Positions 34,551-48,143 of a stretch of 64,000 nucleotides of DNA are shown here, one piece after another (the first letter of the stretch is position 1; each line of letters starts with the position of its first letter). This stretch comes from Takakia lepidozioides (lineage: Eukaryota; Plantae; Bryophyta). Position numbers and translations under genes: made by a program. The stretch spans positions 24,862,001 through 24,926,000 of the forward strand of contig CM060733.1 of assembly GCA_030704615.1 (NCBI GenBank), in the 5' to 3' direction. Under the pieces are notes generated by a model. It made no database searches. It worked only from the letters and a program-made list of their open reading frames with translations, and had not been told where the DNA came from.

Positions 34551-36954
34551 CTTTTGCAACGCCAAGGCGACGCAATGTCCAAAAAAATAAAAATAAAAAT
34601 AAAATATATATATTTTTGGATTTCTGACGCCGGGACCTCGCAAGAAAAAAAATCCATCGCAGCGAGGGCCCTCTTTCCCCCTTCATGCCACCTTACGACG
34701 GTTGGGCGTCGCAAAAAAGCGTCGCGGGCTCAGCGCCGCGCGGGGCGTGGGGACGCGGCTGGCGTCGCACCCCCCCCCCCCCCCCCCCCCAATTTGATGT
34801 AGTGCAAATGCGACTCCGGGGCGTGGTTACTTGCGACGCCCGGGGGTGGCTGGGTGTTTTTTTTACACAAAAAACAAACAGGTGGGGGAGGCCTTGTGTT
34901 GGGCTCAGGGACGCCGAGGCATCGCAGCTAGCCACCCCCGAATGTCGCACAGAAGAAAAACTCGTCGCACGGGGGGGTCCGGCTTTGCCACTGCGTTGCT
35001 ACTAGCCACGCCCGGCCATGGCTAGTTGCGACCCCCATCCGTGGCAAGCCTAAAAAACCCACCACAAGGGCGCTGGCCCAAGCGACGCCGTGGGTGGGCA
35101 ATGCGGGTGGTGGTAGGGGGGGGGGGTCATTTTGGGGGATGAATTGGGGGTGATTTAGGGTTTTTCCCTGGTTTCTTTCTTAGGTGTTGGAAAACATTAG
35201 AGCTTCCATTGCTCTGATTTAACAGGTACTCAATTTTGTTTATTGCATTGGTTCAAGCAAGCATGAACCGAGGGTGAGGCCGTGCGACACATGAATAAGA
35301 TGGAAGATGGAAATATATGTACAAATGGAAATATATTTACAAGCAATGAGCTGAATTCTTTGCTCACAAGGGTTCAATAGACTGACCCTGGGACCAGCTA
35401 CACGGACTAGGACTACTCATCCTTATCCTCATCCTCATCGTCAGAGGAGGAGTCATAGCTATCCGATGAGCCTGAGGATCAATAGCTACAAGAAATCTGC
35501 CAGAACTAACAGACAGAAAAGACTGAAAAGAAGCTTACCATGATGGTGGAGGAATGCACAGAATCACGTGAGGATGCCGGAATGTACACATATACATTGG
35601 TGTTGTCCATTGCTGTCTACAGATCAACAGGAAAATGCCAAAAGACTCAATGTGCTGTACTCTGATATAATGTGCAAAGATGTTACACAGTTCGAATTGA
35701 GCAATGAGACCGTCCTTGGGAGCCCTGCTATGAGCAACACACAATGAGGAGGTTGAGGCAATAAGGTCGAGTTTGTTTAAGTGTGCCCGAGTAAACAGAA
35801 AAGCTTAGGGGTCATACATGCTCAAGCGAGTCCTTGAGGGACCTCGGGAGGTCGAAGCCGCTTCTTCTTACCTTTGGTGTTCGGGTCCTTCATCAATACC
35901 ATGTGCTCTGCCTCATTGGCAACCCCATGGGAGTGCACCCAACCGGCCAAGAATGTCTCTGCCTCCTGAATGTCTCTGCCTCCCCCCAAATTCAAAAAAA
36001 GAAACAAACAAGAAAGAAATACATGTATGCAAAGGAAATGACAAAACATGGAATGGGCAAGGTGCGACGGTTGTACCTTTGCAAGCTTGGCCAACTCGGC
36101 CCCGGTGTCACCCGATGTGGCAGGAGTCCCCGCTACCGGAAGTCCCTGCGCTATCCCCTTCCGAAGTGCCGCTAGAAGTAGGTTCCAGATGTCGACCATA
36201 GCTGGCGGTGGCGCCCCGTAGTCCAGGCCCTTCTTTGCTGACCGCTCAGGCTGAGGGGGCGGCATCGCTGATCGGCTAGGCCGCTCCAAACCGGCACGTA
36301 GCCCCCCCCCCCCTCCCACAAATGCGTAGCAGGGTAGAAGCCCTCACCTGGCTTGACTAATTCGAGATGCTTCGTTATCTCGGCCTCCTCATTGCAGGCC
36401 CTCCTCGTCAACTCCTCCCTCATGATCAACATTGGGCTAGGAACCGCCAGTTCCCGAGGCCCTTCAACTTCACCTTGGGCCTTGGCAAGTGCGGCCTTTG
36501 CTGCGGAGGAAGGGGTCTGTATAGGGATGACATCCAAAAGTTGTTGCTGCTCAGTCCCCCACACCCCCCCGCTTTCTCTCTCTCTCTCTCTCTCTCTTTT
36601 GTCACTCCCCACAAAAAAACCAAAAATCAGAGAGGAGAGAGAGGGGGCAGAAGAGAGGGAAGATACTTTTTGTCATGTCAAGACAAAGACAGGACCCCTA
36701 GGGTCGTTGTCATGAAAGAATAAATAGACATATCAGCCACTTAAAAGGTGGGGGGGGGGGGGGGGAGTGACTGAGCAGCTGCCCCCCCCACCTTCCTTTT
36801 TCTCTTTTTGTTTCCTGATCTCTCCCTCTCACTCCCTCTCTCTGTCCCTCTCTCTCTCCTCTCTTTTGTACTGCTCACAAAAAAAAAAAAAACCCACAGA
36901 TGGAAAGAGGGGGTAGAAAAAGTTAAGAAGAGAGAGGGAAGATACTTTTTGTCA

Positions 36955-37587
36955 TGTCCAATATCTTGTACTCTTGTTCATTGTTATAAAGATCGTCTTG
37001 ATTCATATTTACTCATCATGCAATCGGTCACGCCGACCTTGACTTCTTCTCTAGTCTTGTACCTCTAGTCTGATCTCTTGTTTGTGTTCAGTCATGTTCT
37101 CGTCCTTGACAGGCTAACCCTAGATTACAAATAACGCTAGGCCATTGCAATAGTATACTTATCACCAGATAAGTGACTTGACATGGAACTGTCGGATGAA
37201 TCTGATGCATATATTTCGGGGCCTAGAAGTGGACCTACCTCCTTGGAAACTGGGCTGGAGTACTGGGAACTGGAAACAAGAGTAGCTTGAACTAATGTTG
37301 GCGAGACTGAAGAGTGTCAAGTCTCGCCTCTTATATATAGTAGTTACTAGGAAGTTCCCTAAGAGGCTTCCCTAAAGGAGTTTTCTTGATGGAGAAGTTT
37401 CCTCCAAAAGAAGCTTCCTGAGCAGTTTCCCAAGTTACTCTCGGTAATTTGGTAAACTCCCGGTAACTTGATAACTAATGATAAATTATGATAAATCATG
37501 ATAGATCACGGTAACTTTCGATAACGTGGTAGCTTAGTAATTTCTGGTATTTATTCCTGGTAAGTTCTTGATGTGGTGCACGTCACA
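36955..37587. repeat. Rearranged LTR of the element 3 family (3' half on +, 5' half on -)
   Basis: 36955-37111 matches 20830-20990; 37250-37587 is the reverse complement of ~20377-20800. Confidence 0.75.
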
Positions 37588-40500
37588 CAGTCATACAAAT
37601 TTACTGTCTGCAAGCTGTAATCCAAGCATACATACTAAAACCCCATGGGTGTCATGGAGGGTTTTTTTTAAAACAAAATGAACACTTGGATATCACAAAC
37701 TTAAATACCTTGCCTTGCCAGTATTTGTTTAGACTGGTGTGCAGTACAACTTGCCCCCACAGGGGATGTGGATATGTCTGGTAAGTTTTCCAGAACACCC
37801 CTATACCTTTATTTCTTGCTACAGCTGAAAATCAAAGCTCATGAAACAACAAGGTAAATATAAAGGACTGCATACACATCCTGTGACAATATATGATACT
37901 GTCAGTACACCCTTCACATCATTCCACATTTGACCATGTCATTACACCATGTCCAGGGGGTATTTCCACTCGACTACCCTGGCTGCCTCAAAAACCAGTT
38001 ACCATTTATATTACTGCCATATTTCAGTGTCAGCCAATAGCCACAGGCAGAAACTTCACCATACCCTGGCCTAAGCATCTAGCTACAAAGCCATCCGGGT
38101 TGGAACATAACAGGGGTCTTTTTACCAACAGAGGTACCCGAGTAGCTGCAGCAAACAATTCCTTGCAGCCTCTCAATTTGTTTCCAACTACCATAAGGTA
38201 AGCAAAGCAAACTAGGGCCTGGAAAACATGTGTGTGTCTCTCACACAAGCCATCATAAACCCAGCTGTCACAACATAACAGAGGTTTTGCACTGGCTGGC
38301 CGAACTAGCCCATCGTAGAAAGCATTACACTTGTTCTTCAAAAATCAAGGAAGGAAAGAGGTAGGATCAAGAAAAACCATAGAGTAATTTAGATTTTCAA
38401 CATTTTAAGATGAGTCCCTGGCAAGCGATTCCTTCCCCTGCTCTGCAATCCCACTTGGCATCCAGCAGCACCTAGACATCAGAATATTAGTGGAAGCCCT
38501 CACCTATGCCGTCCCAAAAACAACCACAACGCATTGTGAATTAGTGAGGATGCACGAGGTGAGTAACATGCTTCCACACTTGCTATCGAGGTCAAATACA
38601 CTTCAATCTAAGCGCAGAGAATGCCAAAGCAAGCAAGCAAGCAAAACCAACAGAAAAAAACCTTTCTACTGTTTGGGGAGAGTCGTCATCTCTCCACAAG
38701 CCTAACCGTGCAGGGAGGACTCCGCCAGCACCACAACACTGCTACCTTAAAAAAAAGCCAAAGCAGGTCTTGCCATCACAAAGAAAAAAAGAGCTAGGTC
38801 TCAAAAGGTAGGGGTTTAAAAACGGAGGGAGAGATTTTCCTTGTGCCGCCATTCATCAAAGATCCAGAGGAGGGCTCCTAGGGAAACGTCATAGGCATGC
38901 AGGTGGGGTGCATCCGTCATCACTGCCGCGGTTCCCTTGTGCAGCATTAAAACAGACAACTGAGACAGGGAATCTTCCCTCATCTCTATAAGCCACCGCC
39001 ATCGCCTTAAAGAGCCCGCCCCAAAGCATCGCTCAACAAGGAGCCATAAACACTCAAGGATTGGCAGCTCAAGGTATCTGCAGCACGAGCATGCTCCTCC
39101 CAAGCCACCACTGCGCGCGCTCTCGCAGCGCAAAAAGAAAGGGTTGCGCAGGGTTTTCCCCTGTCTGGCCCGTCATTCATCCTTCTCAGGATGAAAAACA
39201 TCCGCCAGTCTGTCTGCCCGACGGACGTTGTCCGTTTCTCATTCGTGGAAGATGAAAGACATCGTGCTTTCATCCGTCTTGCACTCAACGGATGTAGTCC
39301 GTATTTCATCTAGGTTAGATGAAAAACATGGGGGGGGGTTTTTTTAACCCTGTCTTGCCCTGTATTTAGGTCTTGTCAGATGAAGTCCTTTTTTCATCAA
39401 GGTTGGATTGAAAAAGTAGAAACTGACGGGAGTTTTGCAACTCACAGGTTTTTTAGTGAAGAAATATTTCACTAAAAATATAATTTAAAAAACAAATTGG
39501 ATAAAAAACATCCAAAATTCCATGCAACCCAATTTTGCAATTTTTTTCAATTTCCTCAAGGATGGAAGTCGGGACAACAATTCCATAAGCCCAGTGTCCA
39601 GAGGGAGAGAGAGGGAGAGAGAGGGAGAGAGGTGCAAGAAAAAATAAAAAATAAAAAAATGGGGGGGGGGGGGGGAGTGACTAAGCAGCAATATGCTCTA
39701 TCCCAACAGAGGAATGGAATGGGTCAGTGCCAAAGGTCTCATCAAAGAAGCTTTGGATTTTTTTGAACAGCTTGGTCTATGTATGTTACTTGATGATATT
39801 GTGTTTGGATGGACTTATCACAAGCAGTGCAATCTGGAATACTACCAACCTACTTCTATCTTCCGTAACTTCCGTTTCTCACAGGATTTGACACCCAATC
39901 ATCCATGTCTATATGAGAGCACCAATAGATTTAAACGGTTCTGCGACAGTGATACACTGGCAGAATTCCACATGCCTGGTGACTCTCACACTCAACAGGT
40001 ACGGACAATGGACCTCACCATTATCCGACACCATGGTTTGAGGAAGCTATTTGGGCTAGGTATGAATCATATCCCTTTGAGAAAAACTCTACTGAAAGAG
40101 TTAGTAGAGGAGGTATCTCTAGCCTTTTGGAAAACATGTGAAATCCCTAGGTATCTGAATGCCATGAGTGGCTCAAGCAAACCTGCTGGGACAGATTAAA
40201 GAAAAAAACATACAAGGGAATTTTCTCACACACGGAAAGAAACGAACCCCCTTGAGGTGGCGGATGCCCAAGACGAACTAGCTTGGCTTCGAAATCATCT
40301 GTATATGTCAGGCTTGGACAAAGCTAACAATAATGTTTGTTTCATGTGTGTGAAGCATTTCAGAACACACAAACCTTTCACAGGCTGATGGGTAAGGACT
40401 TTAAGCCATGCATCCAAATGAGGTATGGACTCACCAACACAGAATAAGGGATTCCTTGACTAATGATTTAGAAAGGACGATCCCTGAAATGTCCACTGAA

Positions 40501-43500
40501 ACCTCTGATCTACCATACATCATGGGGATCTATAAACTACACAAGAAAAAAATACCGGTGGATCACTACACTAATGCCCCACAATGCATTTTCAGTGGGC
40601 TAGCAAGTTTACTTACTTGTGCCACCTATGACTCTTTTGCCGCTCGTGAAAGAGTGTGTGAAACTGAAGCTGGATACCTATGAAATTTTTCTTAAAGTCT
40701 CTACGTCTATGTACTGGATTATAGACAGTATTACGGACTTTACCCTGAATTTACCTGACAAGATATATAGCATTTTTGTGGCTGACATCACCACCACAAT
40801 GCTATGAGAATATCCCTTATCAGGAGAAGATAACCTAGGGGCAGCCATTGCTTATGTGATTAAATTTGCCTTTAAGCAATACCATGCATCTCGACCTAGG
40901 TCCCAACATTTTTTATGGATCCAAACAAAAGAAGAAATTTGGGAAGTGTAGGTGGGGGACCTACTTCCCCTAACCCTGGCTGTCTGAGGCAAGGTTGCTC
41001 GAGCTCCACAGCTGGTTGATGTCCCATTGCTTCGTTCTTTAGGGGACCGGGTATGGCAGCAAATATCAGTATATACCTATGGGCTTTTCTTGTTCAACCT
41101 TTATGGTGCAATATATATTTTTTATCTTATAAAATCCGGTTCATTTAAGATTGGCTACACTCGTCGGGAACTACAGAATCAGATCTGTCTGCCAAGTTCG
41201 AACTCAGCTTCTGTTACATTGATGACATATGCTGGCTTAATGCCGGAAATGCTCTAACATTTTTGAATCCCTCAGCTGATCGCAATAGTTCCAACCCATG
41301 GTGGATATATCCTTTGAATGTGGTCGAAATTAAGCCTGAAATATTGAGAACCAAATCCGGACTTCAATGAAGACTGAAGGCCTGGAACTTGTTTATGAAC
41401 ATCCAATTATCAGTAGAGAATGAGGAGACATGTGAATTCCACTTCCAGAAATATGACAAGAGGAGAGCTCTCCCCTTTTCATATACACAATACATTCAGT
41501 TCAAGTCAAACCGACTAGTGAACCAATCATACAATGTGGTGATATCTCAGGCTGTACCCATATTATATATTTCCAGTACCGTTCAATCGGCCTGGAAAGA
41601 GTGTGGGACTCTGATTGACACCTTAGGAAAAAATGGCTTCAAAACGGACAAGTTGTTACGAATATTGCTAAGGCTCCTCGAAGAAGGAACTTTTCCTAGT
41701 GTACGCTTCCAGATTGCTGATCTGGTCAACATGCTCAGAGGTAAGCACTATCTTTAGTAACCTAAATGACTTCAATGATTGATTTCATTTTGCTTGTTCT
41801 AAATCACCCAACATGACTAAGGGTAGCCTGATAATCCTTTTCAGGACATCTTCCGAAGGATTGGCATATGAGCAAGGAGAGTTTGCCCTTTTGGAGAGGA
41901 GTCTGGTATGCACTCCATTACGGGGTGAGTGCATACCACACTCACTCCGTAAGGGCCTGCCATACCAGGGTTTGATGGTGGGATTCCCTCTCTCTCCCCC
42001 CTCTCCTCCCTGGACATTGGGCTTATGGAATTGTTGTCCCGACTTCCATCTTTGAGGAAGTTGAAAAAAATTGCAAAATTGGGTTGCATGGAATTTTGGA
42101 TGTTTTTTATCCAAAAAAAATTTAAAAAAAAATTCCTAGTGAAATATTTCTTCACTAAAAAACCTTTCTTCACTAAAAAAACTGTGAGTTGCACAACTCT
42201 CGTCAGTTTCTACTTTTTCAATCCAACCTGGATGAAAAAAGGACTTTATCTAACAGGGCCTAAATACAGGGCAAGACAGGTATAAAACCCCCCCCATGTT
42301 TTTCATCTAACCTAGATGAAATACGGATTACATCTGTTGAGTACAAGACAGGATGAAAGCACGATGTCTTTTCATCTTCCACGAATGAGAAACAGACAAC
42401 GTCCTTCGGGCGGACAGACTGGCGGATGTTTTTCATCCTGAGAAGGATGAATGACGGGCCAGACATGCAAAAACCCTGCGCAACCCTAATGTCTTTCTTT
42501 TTGCGCTGCGAGAGCGCGCGCGATGGCGGCTTGTGAGGAGCGAGCGGTGGTGCTCGGCGCGCAGATACCTTGAGCTGCCAATCCTTGAGTGATTATGGCT
42601 CCTGTGAGCGCCGCCTGGGCGGGCTCTTTAGGGTGATGGCGGTGGCTTAGAGATGAGGGAAGATTCACTGTCTCAGCTGTCTGTTTTTTTGCTGCACAAT
42701 GGAACCGCGGCAGTGATGGCGGAGGCACCACCTGCATGCTTATGACGTTTCCCTAGGAGCCCTCCTCTGGATCTTGATGAATGGCGGCGTCTTGGTAGAA
42801 CAAAGAAGTCTCTCTCCCTCCCTTTCTAAACCCTACCTTTTGAGACCAAGCTTTTTTTTCTTTGTCTTGGCAAGGCTGTGCTTTGGTTAAGGTACCAGTG
42901 TTGTGGTGTTGGCGGAGTCCTCCCTGCACAGTTAGGCTTGTGGAGAGATGACGACTCTCCCTAGACCGTAAAAAAGGTTCTTTTTCTGTTTTGTTTGCTC
43001 CCTGCTTTCTTTGCTTCCTCTGCGCTTAGATTGAAGTATATTTGACCTCGATAGCAAGTGGTGGAAGCCTGTTACTACTCACCTCGTGCATCCTCACTAA
43101 CTCACATGCGTTGTGGGTTGTTTTTGGGACGGGCCACAGGTGAGGGCTTCCACTTAATATTCTGATGTCTAGTGCTGTTGGATGCCAAGTTGGATTGCAG
43201 AGCAGGGGAAGGAATCGCTTGCCAAGACTCATCTTAAAATGTTGAAAACTAAACTACTCTATGGTTTTTCTTGATCCTACCTCTTTCCTTACTTGATTTT
43301 GAAGAACAAGTGTAATGCTTTCTACGATGGGGCTAGTTCGGCCCAGCCAGTGGAAAACCGCTGTTATGTGGTGTTGTTAGCATGATTTAGGTGATGGCGT
43401 GTATGAGAGACACACATTTGTTTTCCAGGCACTAGTTTGCTTTGCTTACCTTATGGTAGTTGGAAAAATTGAGAGGCTACAATGAATTGTTTGCTGCAGC

Positions 43501-44060
43501 TACTCGCTACCTCTGTTGGTATAAAGGCCCCTGTTATGTTCCAACCCGATGGCTTTGTTGGCTAGATGCTTAGCCAGGGTATGGTGAAGTTTTCTGCCTG
43601 TTGGCTATTCGGCTAACACTGAAATATGGCAGTAATATAAATGGTAACTGTTTTTTGAGGCAGCCAGGTGTCCAGTGAAATCCCCCCTGGACATGGTGTA
43701 ATGACATGGTCAAATGTGGAATGATGTGAAGGGTGTACTGACAGTATCATATATTGTCACTTATGTGTATGCAGTCCTTTATATTTACTTGATGTGTCAT
43801 GAGCTTTGATTTCAGCTGTAGCAAGAATAAAGGTATAGTGGTGGGTTCTGGAAAACTTACCAGACATATCCACATCCCCTGTGGGGGCAAGCTGTAACTG
43901 GAACACCAGTCGAACCAAATACTAGCAAGGCAAGGTATTTAAATCTGTGATATCCAAGTGTTTCCTTTCTTTTTTTAAGAAATCCTCCTCCATTACACCC
44001 ATGGGGTTTTAGTAAGTATGCTTGGATTACACGCTTGAAGACAGTAAATCTGTATGATTA
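37588..44060. repeat. Large inverted repeat with ~2-kb arms (37588-39625 / 41985-44060)
   Basis: Arms match as reverse complements at the many points checked. Confidence 0.88.
39693..41985 (+). mobile_element. Degenerate Penelope-like (PLE) reverse transcriptase element; no endonuclease seen
   Basis: GLDKANNN, IYKLHK, VADIT..CYENIP, QQIS-IPMGFSCS, YIDDICWLN, KYDKRR (across frameshifts). Confidence 0.7.
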
Positions 44061-47000
44061 TGCACCCATCAGCCAAAAAAAAATATGGCTAAGTACCCGC
44101 CATCCCCACCCAGACCTTTGTAGTGTATCATGATCTGACTGGTGGTCAATCAACATTAGTGGCATACTCTCTGGATTATGAATAATACTGACATGAACAT
44201 TAACTGTGATGGTTGTAATTTGGATTTTCTAAAAGGTGTTGATAGGGGACATGACAAAAAATATCTTCCTCTCTCTCCCTATCTTTTGTGTTGCTTAAAA
44301 AACAAAACAAACAAGAGAGGGAAGATATACATGTCATGTCAAGACATGGACAATACCGCTAAGGTCATTGTCATTGAAAGACAAAACAGCCTTTACAGGG
44401 CACCATCTAACATTCCTTTCATGTTACAATCTCATTGAATACCCCATTACATTTCAGGGTGTCTGAAAAAACAGGGTGGGAGGGTGGGATTCCAGGTCAG
44501 TCATATCATGAAAGCACCATAGTTTGCAACCATCATCTCAAAAATTCATTTCAAACTCATTTCAAAAACCAGATTGCAGGTTTGGTTTGAAGTTGATGTT
44601 TTAGAACCAGATACAAGCAAGATTCTTAAAAAGGAAGAAGAAACAACAGGGTGAGCCCCTTAAGCAGGTATAGGCCTGGAATGGTATTTTAAGGCCTCAT
44701 AAATTAGCTCTGCCAAGGTGAAAGAGCAGCTCAGAAACCTCTGTTTGTTATCAAGCCATGAAACCAAAATGATATGAGGGCCTTGAAGAATGTGTGTATC
44801 TCTATCAAAGCCTATCCTTTTGATCCATCAGAGTCATACCAAGAAGTTTCATTTCAGAGCCAAGTATCAAGCAGTCAGAGTAATAACTGCTATTTTGTAC
44901 CCTTGTACCCTTAATAGCTTAACTCCTATAATGCAATATGTTGTTAAAAAACTAGAAACAGGGGGTAAGGAGAGAAGCAGATCTTCATTGGAGCCATCTT
45001 GGAGCAGGTCTGAAGCGGCATGGTGGCAGTTTGAAACAGCAAATGGCATCAGCAGCTTAGGCAGCAGCAGAATCCACATTTGCAAGAACAGGAGCTGCAA
45101 GCTTCAAGAAATCAAGACAAGTGAAGACCCTCACCTGTGCCCGTCCCAAAAACCACCACATAGCGATGTGTGTTAGTGAGGATGCAGTAGGTGAGTGGTA
45201 GGTCTTCACAGTTGCTATCCATGTCAGTGTTGAATTGTAAAGCATGTACAGATCACAATTCAAGCAAGGGTAAACTCAAAAAACCTTGAGTGTTTGTGGT
45301 ATTGCCCTACGCCATGGCGTCCCACAGATCGTCTCCAACAGAACGCATCAAAGTAGAAGCGTTCAAAAATAGAGAATGGCTCATACAAAAAGAGAGCAAC
45401 ATGTAATCTGTAGATAAATAGGGATAGAGTACTTCCCAACGAGGAGTAAAAGCGCCCGCTGCAAAATAAAGAACCATGAGTTTCTGAGCCAAAGCGATCA
45501 CTGCTTTGTTGTCTGCCAGAGAGGAATCTGCCTAACCACCAATGCGCATCCCAAGAGCCAGCCATCACGAGTACCATGGGGAGTAGGTTTATACGGCGCA
45601 TCATCAAGGTTCACTAAAGCACGAGTTCAGTGCTGTGAAATGTGTCGGCCTGCTTAGGGCACAACTTCCCGATTTCTCATCCAGGGTGGATGAAAATCAC
45701 ATTTTATCAGAGAAGCACTTTGTCAATGGATGACATCCAATAAAAATGTATACTTTTAGGGTATGGTATAGGCTTAGGTTTAATAACTGCCATCATTTAT
45801 GATGGTAGTTTTATATTCTCTTGGATTTTAAAATAGGTAACCATTATTCATGTAGTTCGATCCAGTTTAGATGAAAGAAATAGATGGTAAACCAAGCTTT
45901 CTGTACATTTAGTTTCATCATCCTATAATAATATCATCCAAATTTGGATGAAAAAGGTTGGGATGAAAACTAAAATAACCTCAAAATGAAATCCAAAGAG
46001 TTATAGAGGGAGAGGGAGAGAGGGGGCAACAAAGATGCTCGTCATCCCCCCCCCACATTTTTTCTTCTGGGTTTCCTGATCTTTCCCTCTCTCTCCCTCT
46101 CTTTTGTGTTGCTCACAAAACAAAACAAACCAGAGAGGGAGAGACGGGGAAGAAAAATTAAAAAGAGATAGTGAGGGGGACAGAGACAAGAGAGAGGGAG
46201 AGGGACAAAGGGATAGAGAGAGGGAGAGAGGGGGCAACAAAGAAAAAAAAAAAAAATGGGGGGGGGGGGGGGAGTGACTGAGCAACAACAGCTGCTCAGT
46301 CACCCCCCCCCCCCAATTTTTTTAAATTTATTGTTTCCTGATCTCTCCCTCTCTCTCTCCCTCTCTTTTGTGCTGCAAAAAAAAAAAAAAAAAAAACAAA
46401 ACAAAACAAAACAAGAGAGGGAAAGAGGGGGCAAAAAAGGTAAAAAGAGAGAGGGAGAGAGAGAGAGGCAAAAGAGATGGAAGATACTTTTTGTCATGTC
46501 AAGACAAAGACAGGACCCCTAGGGTCGTTGTCGTGAATAAGAAGAATAATCAGACATATCAGCCACTTAACAGTGGCACCATCCATCAATCATCAAGCTT
46601 AGAAAATCCAGAATTACATCTATGCACAATAATGTGTTCATGTCAGTATTATTCATAACCCAAAGAGTATGTCACTGATGCTGATTGACCACCAGTCATG
46701 ATCATGATATACATTCAGAGGTCTGGGTGGGATGGCGGGTACTTGGCCATATTTTGGCCTTGATGTGTTGCAGGTCAAATGGTCATACAGATTTACTGTC
46801 CGCAAGCTGTAATCCAAGCATACTTATTCAAACCCCATGGGTGTCATGGAGGGTTTTCTTAAGAAATCAGAGAGAGCAAAAAGAACACTTGGACATCACA
46901 GATTTTAAATCCCTTGCCCTGCCAGTATTGGTTTAGACTGGTCTGCAACACAGCTTGCCCCCACAGGGGAGGTGGATATGTCTGGTAAGTTTTCCAGACT

Positions 47001-48143
47001 ACCCCTATACCTTTATTTCTTGCTAGAGCTGAAAATCAAAGTTCATGACACAGCAAGGTAAAGATAAATGACTGCATACACATCTTGTGACAGTATATGA
47101 TACTGTCAGTACACCCTTCACATCATTCCACATTTGACCATGTCATTACACCATGTCCATGGGGTATTTCCACTAGACCACCCTGGCTGCCTCAAAAACC
47201 AGTTACCAGTTATATATTGCTGCCATATTTCATTGTCAGCCGAATATCCATAGGCAGAATCTTCACCATACCCTGGCCTAAGCATCTAGCTAACAAAGCC
47301 ATCCGGGTTGGAACATAACAGGGGCCAACATGGGTACCCGAATAGCTGCAACAAACAGTTCCTTGCAGCCTCTCAAATTGTTTCCAACTACCATAAGGTA
47401 AGCAAAACAAACTAGTGCCTGGAGAACATATGGTGTCTCTCACACAAGCCATCATAAACCCGGCTGTCACAACAAAGCAGAGGTCTTCCACTGGCTGGGC
47501 CGAAAATAGCCCATCGTAGAAAGCATTACACTTGTTCTTCAAAAATCAAGGAAGGAAAGAGGTAGGATCAAGAAAAACCATAGAGTAGTTTAGTTTTTCA
47601 ACATTTTAAGATGAGTCCCTGGCAATCGATTCTCTTCCCCTGTTTTGCAATCCAACTTGGCATCCAACAACACCTAGACATCAGAATATTAAGTGGAAGC
47701 CCTCACATGTGCTCGTCCCAAAAACAACCACAGCGCATTGTGAGTTAGTGAGGATGCACGAGGTGAGTAGCAGGCTTCCACACTTGCTATCGAGGTCAAA
47801 TACACTTCAATCTAAGCGCAGAGAATGCCAAAGAAAGCAGGGAAGCAAAACAAACAAACAAAAAACCTTTTTTACTGTTTGGGGGAGAGTCATCATCTCT
47901 CCACAAGCCTAACCGTGCAGGGAGGACTCCGCCAGCACCACAACACTGCTACCTTAACCAAAGCAAAGTCTTGCCAAGCACAAGAAAAAAGAGCTTGGTC
48001 TCAAAAGGTATGGTTTATAAAGGGAAGGAGAGAGACTTCTTTGTTCTACCAAGACGCCGCCATTCATCAAAGATCCAGAGGAGGGCTCCTAGGGAAACAT
48101 CATAAGTATGCAGGTAGTACCTCCGTCATCACTGCCGTGGTTG
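42700..48143. repeat. Second, overlapping inverted repeat with ~1.5-kb arms (42700-44230 / 46598-48143)
   Basis: 46780-48140 is also a direct copy of 37588-38935. Confidence 0.85.

Noticed and set aside
35818-36720. Several 110-165 aa ORFs
   Set aside because: No recognisable domain; partly microsatellite-derived
41760-41900. Hammerhead ribozyme after the PLE-like ORF
   Set aside because: No CTGANGA/GAAA core with suitable stems seen
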